NCBI GenBank assembly: GCA_951406725.2 | Contig: OX597825.1 | Span: forward strand, 55,428,001 to 55,492,000 | Source of the DNA: Octopus vulgaris | Taxonomy: Eukaryota | DNA length: 64,000 nucleotides | Direction of reading: 5' to 3' | Shown: positions 26,648 through 40,898 of the stretch, piece after piece | Layout of the letters: every line of letters begins with the position of its first letter | Numbering within the stretch: position 1 is the first letter of the stretch | Translations under genes and position numbers: made by a program | The notes under the pieces: model-generated | What the model was told of the DNA's origin: nothing | The model's input: the letters and a program-made list of their open reading frames with translations, nothing else | The model's database searches: none

Positions 26648-27503
26648 GTCTAGATTATAATTAAAAAATTAAAAAATAAAAGTCCTTCAGGTTTTCACAC
26701 AAAGAAAAAGAAGTGACCAGCTCATTCACATTTTGCAAATACAATCTATAGGTAGAACAGGAAACACAGAATCAAGACTTTTCTCAAATTTCTATTTGTA
26801 ACTTCTTCAATATTGATATTATCTGAATTCTAGTGACAGCATTGTATTTCAGCATCGTTGTCATTGTTTCAACATCCACTTTTCCATGCCTGCATAGGTC
26901 AGATGAAATTCAATGAGGTAGATTTTCTGAAACCAGATGCCCCTCCTGTCATCAACTCTTATCTATTTCCAAATAATTTAATGCTTCCTCATGACTAGCC
27001 ATGTTTTGACAGAATTTTGGAAATGAAGGACACCACTTACTTCATGGTAACAATTGTTAACATCTCTCAGATGATGTCAAAGCTAGGACAGAGTAATACT
27101 TACACACACAGCCTGGGTTGGAACCTGGCCATAATACAAAACAACATGGTTATTCAATGACGATCATCATGTTGTAGATCTTTGGATTACTACTTATCCC
27201 AATCCTTGGCACGTAACTTTGACTACAGGTATCATGTAAAACTTTACCTAAAGACCATTGGTATTTCTCTACATGCCTACTTCTTTCCTTGCTTTGTCTG
27301 GTAGTTCTGAGTATGTTTCTCCTTCCATATCATCAATGCTTCTCTGACTGCAAAACCCCCTGTTAGAATAATAGAGTTGTCGGCTACTCTTGAAGTGTTG
27401 CTATCCCTCTTCAAAGTGAACCACAGCTGCTTTTTGGAACCACCCCTGTAGTCCTCCACCCGAGCACTATATACATACACAAGATTGTTGTTCTTTACAT
27501 CTG

Positions 27504-27730
27504 ATTAACCCTTTTGTTTCTACATTCCTGTTAAAGTACATTGCCTTTGTTTTAATTAATTGTGAAAATAATTAAGGATTTTAAGTAATTTTGTCATTAT
27601 TAAGCTGTAGTTTGAGACATAAATTAACATGAAATTCTGATAGAAGGTTTTAATTTAGATCACTTTAAAAGAAGCAAGTTTGTATTATAGAACTATAAAC
27701 AGTTTCAGATAAGTTGGTATCAAAGAAGAT
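27504..27730. mobile_element. TTAA-CCC MITE-like repeat (single copy of the unit arrayed at 57.5-58.7 kb)
   Basis: ttaacccttttgtt...tgaaaataa...cataaattaacatgaaatt.tgat.gaag.ttttaattta...ggtatcaaag. Confidence 0.6.
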
Positions 27731-27937
27731 ATGTGTTTAACCAAAAACAAAATCTTCACACACATATACACACACATACATACATACTTATATACATTCA
27801 CATGGCAACGGATGCATAAAAATATTTTCTGATATGTTAATTCAACCAAGATATACTTACAAGAAAGTTATGCCTTCAATGGTCATGCTATGATTTTATA
27901 TGCTGAAATACACATTAATGTGTGGGAGTGAATAACA

Positions 27938-27981
<44 letters not shown>

Positions 27982-28189
27982 CGTGCGTGTGCAAATATAT
28001 AAACAAAATATGTGCAATGAAGACTAAATATATAGTTGTGAATTATGTAAACAAACACAACTATGATATGCACAAGTATACAGTTGACTGAGCTAGGAAA
28101 GCAAATCTACACTATATTTGTACACCTATATATATATATAAGTATATACACTCTATCCTGTCAACACCTCAAATGTAAAATTCTCCACT

Positions 28190-28345
28190 GTAAAATTCTC
28201 CCCGAAGACGGAGGCGGTGTAATCCGATAATGGATCCAAGTAACTATCATTATTCCAGACTACCAAGCTCTCAGAAACAGTCGGTGGTCTCATAAAACTC
28301 TACCCATTTAACTCCTGATATCACTTATATACTATAAATCAGACT
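28190..28345 (+). mobile_element. Penelope-like terminal fragment with decayed hammerhead-like boxes
   Basis: ccgaaga-cggag ... ctctca-gaaacag in a (TA)n context. CpG-rich relative to flanks. Confidence 0.35.
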
Positions 28346-28461
28346 ATTTTATATCCATACACATGTACATTTTTTTCTATTAAATGTTTTTGAAATTCTG
28401 TGTAAAACCACTTGCCTAACTTGCTTCTCATTACATTTACTCATATATGTGTGTGTGTGTG

Positions 28462-28517
<56 letters not shown>

Positions 28518-28582
28518 GCATGTATACATAAAAATATATATATATAGACATACATGTATAAATGTTCATGCATGTGAGTATG

Positions 28583-28638
<56 letters not shown>

Positions 28639-28810
28639 GGTGTGTGTTTATGTGTGTGTTAAAGCAAGACTCCACTCTCTATCTTTAACTCTCCATTCAG
28701 TTTTCTCCTTATCTTTTGTTCTAGTTATTTACATACTATATTTTATTTTTTATCTTATATGGCTTTATTCAGCCAAAGTTTTGGTAAATCTTTATGATCA
28801 ACTTATTTTA

Positions 28811-30293
28811 TTGGGTTAGCCAAAAAGTTCATTCGATTTTTTAGGTGAAAATAAGAAGTTTTAAACGAAACTGTTTATTTAATCAGTGATATAATTACTG
28901 TTTTATTTCAAGTATCTTCAACAAACTTGTGGGCAAATCCATTATTCCATGCACAAAGAATTTCATGTTTTTACCAGTGAAAAGCTCTTCCAGATGAATT
29001 TTTACATCCTCTTTAGAATTGAAGGTTTTTTTCTGTTCAATGAATTTTGAAGAGACTGAAACAGGTGGAAGTTTGAAGGTACAAAATTAAGTGAATATGG
29101 AGGATGTGGCAAAACCTCCAAGCCAAGCCCCAGTAATTTCTACAACATATGCAAAGAAGTTTGAGGTCTGGCATTGTTGTGATGAAAGACAATGCCTTTA
29201 CAATTAGCAAGTGCTTAACTTGTGGTGGATATCTACATTTAATTTGTCCACATATTCTCAATGCACATACAAATTGATGGTTCTGTCCATTGGATGAAAC
29301 TTGTTAATGACAACACCCTTCTGATCTCAATAAATTGAAAACATAACCTTCCTTAGGCAGCAGTCATTTGTGGTGGTTTACTGCATGTCCCCCATGATTG
29401 TTTGCACTTCACATTCTTATAGAATGTTCCAATTTTCAAATCCTATTACCATTCTCTTCAAAACAGGATCTCTTTTTTTCATGTTTCTGCGATGAATTGC
29501 AGAATTTTAATGTTAATTCTATGCACAAAGAATTTCACGTCTTTACCAGTGAAAAGCTCTTCCAGATGAATTTTTACATCCTCTTTAGAGTTGAAGGTTT
29601 TTTTCTGTTCAATGAATTTTGAAGAGACTGAAACAGGTGGAAGTTTGAAGGTGCAAAATTAAGTGAATTTCACACACACACAAATTCATGCATGCACAAA
29701 CATATTTCATATATATTATATAAAATTGACCAGGTAAGAGAAGTTAGAGAATAGATGTTTATTCCATTTGTTGATAGCTGGGCAAGGTTAGCCTCAATTA
29801 ATTGATAGGGGTGCCCAAATATTGCACCTGCTGACTCAAGTTGACGCAGATGGTTTTCAACATTCAATTTGGATCTTTGGAGAATACATGCAATTATCCT
29901 GTTTGTATAGCATGGGTTGGTGTCACTGATAATGTCAGTTGGCTAACCAGAGCAAGAGTCATCTTGAACAGAAAAATTTCCTGATCAAAAATTATGGAAG
30001 CCACTTCTGGTACACCTGTTCCATAACAGCATCCTCTCTGTACATATCTTCCTGCACGTTTCTGCTACTTTAAATGTAAAAAAAAATGTAAGAGTGTCGA
30101 TAATGTTTTTGTTTTCCATTTTCAGGATGATCCCAAGCACACAAAATACAACCTGGCTTGTTGCAAGCTTGCATTGAACTTCATTGAAGTGTCAGGTATC
30201 TAAGAAGTGTACATGTGCAAGGAAGTTAGCTATTTATTTGTGTGCTTGAAGTTCAGTGTCAACAAAAATTAGACAGACTTTTTGGCCAACTAA
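28811..30293 (-). mobile_element. Near full-length decayed mariner transposon with an internal ~148-bp duplication
   Basis: TA|ttgggttagccaaaaagt ... actttttggccaactaa|TA. Minus-strand peptides VFHHNNARPQT (HDNARPH) and PYSLNFVPSNFHLFQSLQN (YSPDLAPSDYHLF). Segment 28949-29096 is repeated at 29521-29668. Confidence 0.88.
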
Positions 30294-31699
30294 TACTTGA
30301 TTATATTTTATTTTTTTAACTTTTGATTTTCTGCATGTTTTCCTGAATTTAGCTTTATCAATTCATCTTCACTTTTGTAGCACATGTCATACAAAGTCAT
30401 TCTAGTACTTGTAAAGGGTAAAGTCTGCTAAATACATCGATCATCTATAACTATAAACTGGAATAACTTGCTAATTTATAGTAAAGTCTGGTGTTTGACT
30501 TACCATGAAATATTCTGATGTGTAATCTGTTCATTATGGTACAGCACAATTATGTTCATAGGTGTGTGTGTACAAGTGTGACAACTGATATAGCATCACT
30601 TATGTAACTAACATATATTATGAAACAGCAATCAACAAATGAATAAACATCTATTCTCTAACTTCTCTGATCTGGTTAATTTTATATAATATATATGAAA
30701 TATGCTTGGGCATGCATGTGTGAATAGAAGTGATAAAAGAAAAGAAATTAGCAAATATTCTTTTTTTAACAAATTTCTAATTTATTTGTGGGGTTCACAG
30801 TAGAATTAAGTTTGACTATGTAAAGTTAATGGGATATAAATCAACCAATAGCAGACAAACACACACTTTGAAATACATACTCACATATACACACATCCAT
30901 GTATAAACAAATGTAATATTTGCTGTCAAATTCTCACAAGAGAATCTTAGAACTTCAAATTGCATTGCTGTGTTTAAATATGTATGTCAGTTAATATCAC
31001 TGGTAAACCAATTGCAGATGAGTCATTGGATTTGTACAGAAGAGAAAGTGGTTTTATTTTAAAGATATCAATCACAGAAAATCCTAAGTAGGTTGTGTAC
31101 AAGCAAACCAACTCGATCTCTCCCTCCCATCTTTCTCCATCCTCCATCTTCCCATGTCCACTCCTTGATGTTGCTCAACTACTACCAACCACTTCATGGT
31201 CTTCTTGTACATCTTTTACAGTGGGTGTTAAATGCATTGGTTCATATAATGAAGGATAGGGTAGCTTATTAATGAAGGTACCAGTGTGTATATGAGGTTA
31301 GCTAGTTATTGAAAGCAAAAGTAAGGTGCAGGTATGTAGTGATATATGGGGAAAGTCACAGGCTATTGAAGTTATTAGCATGGAGTGGGGTACCTGGGTA
31401 TAAAAGTTGATGTTTTATGCAGGTGAGATGACAGTATGATATAAAAAGGGTGATGGGAATGGATGGTGCTGTGTGATGGATGACAAAAGTGGTGTGTGTG
31501 GGGGAAATACTTATTGGATGAGAAAGACCATCATCATTTAACGTCCATTTTCTATGCTGGCATGGATTAGACTCATCATCATTTAACAACTGTTTTCCAT
31601 GCTGGCATGGGTTGGAAGATGTGGGAAGACATAGAGATATTGAAAAATATGCAGGGTGCATCAGCATGGCCGCAGCTCTGAGCTGAAACTAATAAAAAA

Positions 31700-32110
31700 A
31701 AAAAAAAGAAGGTGCAGGAATTTGGGGAGAAAATATCAGAAGTTGTAGGAAGGCAAGGGGAGGATGTGGGAAGACAAGGGGAGGATGTGAGAAGGCGGTG
31801 GGAATATGTGGAAAGGCAAGGAGGGGAGAGTGTGAGAAAGCAAGGAGGGGAAGGTGCAGGATGCATGGCAGGGAGGATGTGGGATGCATGGAAGGGAAGA
31901 TGTGAGATGCATGAAGGGAGGATGCGGGAAGGTGAAGGGGGGGAGGCCAGGGCAAGACATGGAAATATGAAAAGTTGTAGGAAGATGTGGAAAAATATAG
32001 AGAAAAGGTGTAAATGTAGACAAGATGTGAGAAGATGTGGGAAAAGATGAAGAAATATGTAGGAAGATTTGGGAATATGCAAGAAGATATAGGAAAATGA
32101 GGGGAGATAT
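31700..32110. repeat. Purine-rich degenerate minisatellite (ggaagatgtgggaagg-like, ~20-nt units)
   Basis: Repeated gga(a/g)gatgtg(g/a)gaag units. The overlapping ORFs are low-complexity. Confidence 0.8.
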
Positions 32111-32832
32111 GGATACATGGTGAATTTACATCTCAAGAAGCTCGATTTCACAGTTGAGATGATGGGCTGGTTTGACTAAACAGTGCTAATGCAGGAAATG
32201 TGAGTAAGGTACAGGACAGCCTATTGGTCACTGGTCAATAAGTTACTGCACTACCTGATGCTTATTACATAAAAAGTATTGAATTACCTGTTCGTTGGAT
32301 AAGTTGAATTTTTATCTTGCAACTTGTTTCACTCCACTGCTTTCCTACACTATTCCTTTTCCCACCACCTCCACCGCACTCCTATCTACACCTCCACTTC
32401 ATCACCATGCCTGACCATCATTCCTTTCTCAAGCAATTTCACTTGCTTCTCACTCATTTCCTTTCCAACTTACCCCCTCAATAGTTGAAATCTTCTGTAT
32501 ATCTCTCTTATTTGCTCTTCCAAAAACCTCACATCTCAAGCCACATCTCTTCAAAGACTGGCTTCCAATCAAATATGCTTTGTCATGTAACAATACACAT
32601 GCATTTCTCCAGTCTATCTGCTCCTTCTTTCTGGAATTTTTCCTCTTTCCGACAAAGAGCCATGCTCAAAAATCATTTCCACTATTTTTCCATCTAAAAC
32701 TTTCGCTAAGCACCAATTTAATATATTTACGGTATACATCTGATTGACTTTTGTTGCCTTCTTTTTTATTTTGGATTCACCTATATTATACTTATATACA
32801 CACACACATGCATACACACATGTATGTGTGTA

Positions 32833-33045
32833 CGGGGGGGGGGGGGCTAAAAAGTTCCTGGTTTTAGGTAAAAGAAAATTACAGGAAGATCAGTTACTTA
32901 TGATTTTATTCAACATATTCCCCTCTCAGATTCACAAACTTATTGCAATAGTTCTTCAGTTTCTCTAAGCCCTGCAAAAGAACGCGGCAGGTTGAACCAC
33001 CATCTAAGCCTTTTGATAGTCTGGGATGGAACTTTTGATCACAGG
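32833..33045 (-). mobile_element. Mariner 3'-end fragment
   Basis: TA|cgggggg...ctaaaaagttcctgg TIR-like end. Minus-strand GLEKLKNYCNKFVNLRGEYVE* is a typical mariner C-terminus. Confidence 0.75.
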
Positions 33046-34369
33046 TCTGCAACATCAGACCTATGAATGCAAGTAGCCAAGTGGTTAGGGAGTTGCACAT
33101 GATTGCAAAATCATAGTTTCAATTCCTGGGCCAAGTGGTACATTATGTCCTTGAGTAAAACATATTTCATTTTATGTGATTCTAGTTCATCAGCTGCAGA
33201 AGAACAATCAACCCTGTGAGAGACTGGTGTTCTGTTCTGAGGCAGTGTTGACATGGAAACTGGGTAACTGGCTGACAAGCCCCATAAGTCCTAGGACTTG
33301 AAGACAGCAATGTCAAGGAAGCTTACTTTACTGCGGCATCAGAGTTGAGTTGGAGCTAAACAGTAAGTACAACAGCAATAACTGACCTACAAGAACTCAG
33401 AAGATATTAACAATAGGACAATATTGATGTCTGAGACTGTACCAGACTGTTCCAGTTCTACCATTCTTGCCAGTTCTAACAAACTTACAGACAATATCTT
33501 ACAAAAGATGGCAATATTAAAACTTCTAGTAGCTAAAAAAAAAAAAGCTATGTACTTCTTGTTAGAGATGAATGTGGGTGATGATTATGCTTGTGTGCAT
33601 GTGTATATGTATTCGTGTGTGTGTGTGTTTCATCTAAGTGTGTGTCTCTGCATGTGTTTTATTTATATCATATCAATCTAGAATTTGTTGATCTGTCTTC
33701 AAACTGACAGTAAAAAAAAACATGATATGTGTGTATGTGTGTGTGAGTGGTGTGTGCATACATACATCATATATCTATGGATATACAGATAAATAATAAA
33801 AAAAGACAAACACACATGCATATATACAAACATACGCATACATACATGTTTGTGTGTACATATATACATATGATGCAAGTATATATTAACAGATATAAAT
33901 ACACACACATATGGATGCAAGTGTGTCTGTAATCATTTTGTTGTCTTTTTCCATTTCACATTTCAGTTGTATTTTTTAAGTTTATATTTTAATAAACTAT
34001 ATTTATTGTGTTTTAGTTTTTCACTTAACGTTTATTTCTCAATATTACACCAACAAACTAGCAAAACATACATATACCCACATATATATACAAACATACT
34101 TATATATATATAGATGTAAGTATACACATGCATATATATGTATTTATATATACGTGCACATACATGCATTTGTGTGTATGTGTATGTATATATCCTGTTA
34201 GCAAGATCAATGTTTACATACTGTTTTTTTTTTTTGGTCTGATTTTCTTGTTAGTGTTGGCGGAGATGGTTAAGTCTTATTTTACACTTTAAAAAAATTT
34301 TTTAAATCATATTTTTACTTTTTCATCCTTACCTTTTATATTTATTATTGTTCATCGTGTTTAATAAAT

Positions 34370-34417
<48 letters not shown>

Positions 34418-35004
34418 CATTTCTCATATTTTTTCACCTTTATCACTATCACTACCAATAACACACCCACCATGACCATCACTACACACACAACAGAATC
34501 ATCACCATCATCATCACCATCCTCACTACCACCACCACTTCATTCTACTTTATCAAACACCCCTCTTCACCACCCATCACAGGTATATCACCACCACCAC
34601 CATCACCACTGTTCTCTGCTCCACCATCATAGCCATCACCATCATTACCACCAACCATTCAAACAACAAAGCAAAACAAACAAAGAAGGAGAGACACTAT
34701 AAAAAGAGACAAAAAAAAACAAAAGACAAAAGTTTGTTTTATCACTTTACCGATTCCAAAGAGTCTACATTACCATTACATAAGAGAATCTTCACAATAG
34801 GCAAGTTTGTACCTGTATGACACCTTAATATTCTAATATAAACACACACCACATACATACACACGCAAGAATGCGCCTGTGTGTGTGTGTGGGTGTATAG
34901 ACACACACACACACATGTGCATATACATGCAAACACTCAGATACAGACACAATAAATGTTGAAAGAAAACTATAAACAAAAATATATAAAAACTCACACA
35001 CGCA

Positions 35005-35084
<80 letters not shown>

Positions 35085-35111
35085 TATCATATATATATAT
35101 ATTGTATCACC

Positions 35112-35160
<49 letters not shown>

Positions 35161-35824
35161 GAGGAGGAGAGAGATATTAGTACATATACATACACAAAAA
35201 TAAGCATATGTGTGTGTGTGTATATTTTATACATATATATGTATGTATAAAAGAATTGGTAAGAATAAAAACCTGTCAGCAGACAGACATGGAGAGAAAA
35301 ATAACAGACAGCGAAATTGTCTGTTTATTGGTAAGGAAATAAATATTTTTCTTTATCATTATTATTATTATTATTAATATTATCATTATTATTATTAATA
35401 ATGTGCAAAGCAGATGGGGTAGACGGTAGTGTTTTTCTCTCTTGCAACCAAAGCAACTGCGAAGTGATCAAAGAAATTTCGGTTTGAATTGATGCTCGCA
35501 GTGACTGGAAAAGAGAGGCTCCAGGAATATGACATTGACAATACCTCTGAGAGAACCACAGAACCGTTCTATAGATGAAATGGCTATTCTAAGGATACTG
35601 AAACTTGTCAATCAATATAAAAACTCCACAACCAAATATGGAAAAAATGTATATATCCATTATATATATATATATAAATATACACACACATGTATGTATG
35701 TATATATAAACATTAATAAACAAAAATTGAAGAAAAAGTGTTCATAAGTGTGTGTATAAATATACATTTAAACAACTATGTCTATATGTATATAAATACA
35801 TATATATACTATATGCAAAATTGC

Positions 35825-35862
<38 letters not shown>

Positions 35863-36182
35863 TATATACAAATTGCATGCATATACATATATATTTTATA
35901 TGCAAACATATATATATCATATGCAAAATTGTATGTGTATATATGCTTGAATATACATTTATAAGCATTTTTGCATTTATGTATTATATACATAAGAATG
36001 TATGTATACAAAAACATGTGCATATAAATACATGTACACATACACATACATATGCGTGTGTATGTGTGCGTGTGTATGTGTGCGTGTGTATGTGTGCGTG
36101 TGTATGTGTGCGTGTGTATGCGCACATAGTGCCATGATGCAAAAAGATAGCATCACAAAGTTATATGAAATATATTTTACAG

Positions 36183-36280
36183 ATGCCAGAGTAGAAAATA
36201 TAAAATCGAAAACACAAAATATACATAAGAAAACACAGAGCGAATTGGTTGATGCCATCAAGAATTTATTGAAGAAATAA
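36183..36280 (+). CDS. Candidate terminal exon (xARVENIKSKTQNIHKKTQSELVDAIKNLLKK*)
   Basis: atattttacag| acceptor, helical-looking peptide, stop overlapping AATAAA. Unique island between microsatellites. No homology recognised. Confidence 0.2.
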
Positions 36281-36939
36281 ATAAATAATTATGCAAAAAC
36301 AGACATCAGTGGAATGGTTGGAATATAACGATAATTTCTTCATTAAATTTCAATGTCTGCTTATTGTTCTTAATTAGCTCTTTAAAGAATTTATATATGT
36401 ATGTGTCTTTTTTGTTCTGGATGTGTGTATGCTGAAATAGATGTGTAAGTGTGTGTGATGTGGGTATATAAACTGACATAGAGAGTTTATATATGCGTGT
36501 GTGTGTATGCTTTGGATGCATATATGTATTGGTATGGATATGTTTTTATAAGTATGTTTATGTGAGCACACACATACGTGTGTGTAGATTTGTTACATAT
36601 GTGTATGCATTTGTTCATTGTATGGCTGTTTTTGTGTATGAGCCTATATATTTGCATATGTGTATATGCTTGTGCATATCAATATTATGGTTATCTGTGT
36701 GTGTATATATGTTTTCACATGAGTATGTGTGGGTGTATATATATATATAGGTTTGACAAGTGTGATTATATGAGTTTGGGGCAAACGTTTTTGTGTGCTG
36801 ACATTAATGCATATATGTTTGTATTTACATGCATCTATGTTAATACATGCACGAGTGTTGTTTAATTCTGAGTCAGTTTTCAGAAAGGATACTTGTGAGA
36901 TCACAAATTTTCAACAAACATCCTAGCTACCACTTGCTC

Positions 36940-37135
36940 ATCTGATTATGACTATTCTATCTAGTTATGAGGATCCTGTCTAACTATGACATAACTCATC
37001 TAACTATGACCATCCTGTTCTAGTAAATACCAACCCATGTAATTATGGTCATTTCATTTCACTATGATCATCTTGTATAGTTATGACCATCTCATTTAGT
37101 TGCGACAGTCCATTGTTGTAATGACCATTCAATTA
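36940..37135. repeat. Degenerate ~20-bp minisatellite (actatgaccatcctgtctagt-like, ~9 units)
   Basis: Recurrent tatga(c)cat / tctagtt units. Confidence 0.7.
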
Positions 37136-40100
37136 ATTTTTAACTAGACTACAATTTCCAACATGTCCTACCATTTTGAAGATGTTGAGTGTGATTTGAA
37201 AGAAATTTGGTTGCTATTTTAGCACGGTCCACAACAAAATAGACTCCATTATTAGCTAATCAACAAAATTGTGTGTTTAAATGAAAATAACCGCAATGAA
37301 GAAATATATTTATGAATAGAAAGGAAAGTGGTAAAATTTAGAATCTGCAGTTTTCACTGGTTTGCAATTGGTGGTATACAGGCATAGAAAAATTTGTGTC
37401 TTGATCACAGTGACAAAACTATTGCCATTGATTGAATATGAACCAGCAAAATCTTGGCTGATTGTACTCAGCCATCAGTTGTCTCCATAAAGAAAGCAGC
37501 TACAAATCTGTTTTCCAACTAAATTTAGCTCAATCCTTTGCTGTATGTATATATTTGTGAACAGTTATTTTTCTTTTCATTGGTAGAGTAGCTTTTATGA
37601 AAAGAGTTAATTGACAACAAATATTGTCCAGAATATGACAAAAGAAAATGCCCTTCCTTGTATCTCACATTCTACGAAGACTTTTCGGATGACCCAATAG
37701 AATATTACAACACACAATAATTATATAAAATGTCATTGCTAAATCTGATATTTTACAGATATTTTCCATCTCAGATCAATTTAACTGCTCAACAAGTTAA
37801 CAACATGATTGAGGTGGAATTAAATACCTGAACTTCTCTGATGAGATGTTGTTAAATTATTTAAAATTCTCAGACAAACTGGCGCTAACAGAAAACCTAG
37901 TCATTAAGGCCAGCATAGATTTCAGTAAAATATGGCTACCAATAATGTAACTAAGATAAGATACTGCAGCATTTCATTAGTGTTACTGTTGTTGCTGTCA
38001 TTTAACCCCAAGTCAGCTCTGATTGAGCAGATCTGTGCTTGAAGGTATTCCAAAGACAACCATTCTTCCTGTATATTTTTTTCTTCTTTTGCAAGGCAAT
38101 AATATGCCTTTGGTAACATTATCTAATGTAACCTTCCATTATTATTTCAAATAATAAAAAAAAAAAAACAGTAAGATGTATTCTGAGAGATAGAAATGGT
38201 GATTGTTTCCAGCAGGTTGAAAGACTGCAGTTGCTCTTTCTACATGTGCAGTAGTGATAAAGACCATTGAAATATTGTACTGAAAGTGAAGTTTCTGAGT
38301 TCAAGCCCTGCCAGTAGATATATTTATATATGTAGCAATAGGAGTGTTATCCTGCCCTACCCTACCACTAGTGCGACATTCAACTTATAACAACTGTTAC
38401 ATATGCTATAAAGCTTTTCATTTCAAGTACCCCAAATAGAAAACGTGTGTGTGTGTGTGTGTGTGTGTACAGAGACACATATGCTTGAATTGGCAGAGTC
38501 ATTATAGTGTCAGCTAAAATGCCTTAGGGTATTTGTTCTATCAACTTCAATTTCCTTCCCATTCTTTCAGGTCAGTAAGTAAATAAAGGACCAATTCTTC
38601 TTACAGAGAATAGGGGTTGGTTAAAGGAGAAAAAAGAGGGGGAAGTTATAGTAGTAGTAGTGGTGGTGGTGGTGGTGGTTAGAGATTCTAAATTCACTCA
38701 AGACATAGTGGTATTCTAAAGTAGGTGCTACAGCTGCAACAGAATCACTCCCACCCCAAGAAGCTCATAGACAAAGTAATATCCTTTAATTACATTTGAA
38801 AATGTATATATAATATTATCATCATATTCAACATTCAACATTCATTTTCCATGCTGCCATGGGTTGGATGGCTTGACAGGAATTGGTAAGGCCAAAAGAA
38901 GCACCAGGTTCCATAGTTTGTTTTTGATTTAGTTTCAACAACTGGACATCCTTCCTAATGCCAGTCACTTTACAGAGTGTTCTGGGTGCTTTTTACAAGG
39001 TACAATCACCAGTGCTTTTTTTTTGTGGCTTGAGCACTCACACCAATCTTTTTTTATTACTCCATCACTCAACTGGCTATTACACTGCTCACTCAGTTGT
39101 TGTAATTATGTGATAGAAGAAACGCATATTTTGTCTGTGCTGCCAGTTATTGCTCTCACTGGAAGCACTTCCTTTTGTCATTCGCACTGACACCGTAAAG
39201 TGGTTGGCATTAGGAAGGACATCTAGCTGTAGAAACCAGGCAAAATCAGATTGAAACCTGGCTCTGTTCTCCAGTGTGGGCGCCAGTCAAACCATCCAAT
39301 CCATGCCAGCATAGAAAACAGACATTAAAGGAGGAGGATGATGATTCTCAATATCAACCCCTATCACTTTATTTTCCACTGAACACCCTATTCACCACCA
39401 CCACTCCTTCCCCCACACCCCATTCTGCCGTCGACAGCCCCACTACATTTGTTTGTCGTTATTTCCACCCCCTATGTATCTCTGACCTCATCCTTGGCTC
39501 TGTGCTGCCTCCTATTAAATCCATTGCCCACCTTCACCCACAAAACTGATATTCATTATTGATCATACCATTATCCTTATTCACCGTTCACTACGTTCAC
39601 CACTATTCCCATCTCTATCCTTCTGCTACCCTCCTTTTACACTGTCACAAACTTACCTACCTACTCACACTATCTGATCCTCAGTGCTAGTTCCTTTCTA
39701 TTCCCTTTCCTGCAATTGGAAGACATGTCCTCACACCTCATGACCATCTCTTTTTTTCCAGCTTAGGTAGTCATGTATTGCCACTACAACAAAATGCCCG
39801 TTTTCTTCCATCACACTTTAATCTCTCATCACCTGACATAAAGCTGTCTCACTCTATATATATACCTCCACTCAGCTGAAGGCCACTTGTCTTGTGTGTT
39901 ACTCAGCTACCTCCCTTGTGCCAATGCTATGTGAAAAGACTACAAACTGTAAAGTGATACAAACTGTGATACAAACTGTAAAGTGGTTCACATTAAGAAA
40001 GGCATCCAACTGTAGACAATGCCAAAACAGACCTAAGAGCTTGGCACAGCCCTCTGGCTTGTAAGTTCCTGTTGAACTGTTTAACCCATGCCAGCATGTA

Positions 40101-40898
40101 AAATAGATGTTAAATGATGATGATAGTATTTCGGTAAAAATTAAAATATTACTGTAAAAGAATAATAAAACTGTTCTTGTATACAGCCATATTTCGATGG
40201 AACAGAACATTTAATACATTCTTAAAGCAGCGGACAATGAACTAGATGCAATAATCAAATTGAATGACAGCAGTAAATGGACAGACCTACTCCAATGTTG
40301 TCAGATTGCTAATTAATAAGCTTGCCATTCTACTCCTCTTATTTCGGTGCATTAAACTCGTCACACAATAATTGAGTTTAATTATTATTTTTCTCATAAA
40401 TAAAATGGTTGAACAAACTAGATTAATACTAATGTATTACAGACGCTGCAATGTTAATCATTTCCACCGAATCAAATTGGGACATTTAAAACAGATAAGA
40501 TATAAGTTGCATTTTATTGGGTAAAGTTTTCACTTTAACCATTTACTTCTGTAAATTAGAAATAAACAGTCATCTAAATGCCTCAAACACATCTGCCATC
40601 AAGAAAATATCAGACTTTTCAGTAAAGATAATAGTGGTACCATGATATTCATTATCAGTTACCCAACACCATGAAAACAGATTCATGGTGGACTTTGGAG
40701 CCCAGACCGTACAAATCCCTCCCCTTATGCTTGTCTCTAGACACAAATACCTTTCTATATATGCACATACTACCCTGCTTCTTCCTCTCATACTTACTCT
40801 TTCTCATTGGACTGCATTCCCTCCTGGCCCCTAAACTGCTTTTCTTTTGCCTCTTTTTTGCTTTCTTTCCCACCACTGTCTTTCTATATTTTGTTTCC

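Noticed and set aside
31579-32151. 190-aa Pro/Ser/Leu-rich ORF and overlapping ORFs
   Set aside because: They arise from the purine-rich minisatellite and show no domain signature.
34751-34812. Minus-strand GTNLPIVKILLCNGNVD, ankyrin-like; also AILRILKLV (S4-like) at ~35583
   Set aside because: Similarity is too short, flanking consensus residues are missing and splice support is weak.
36940-37135. Regularly spaced short repeats considered as CRISPR-like
   Set aside because: Degenerate tandem minisatellite without unique spacers, in a eukaryotic context with no cas genes.
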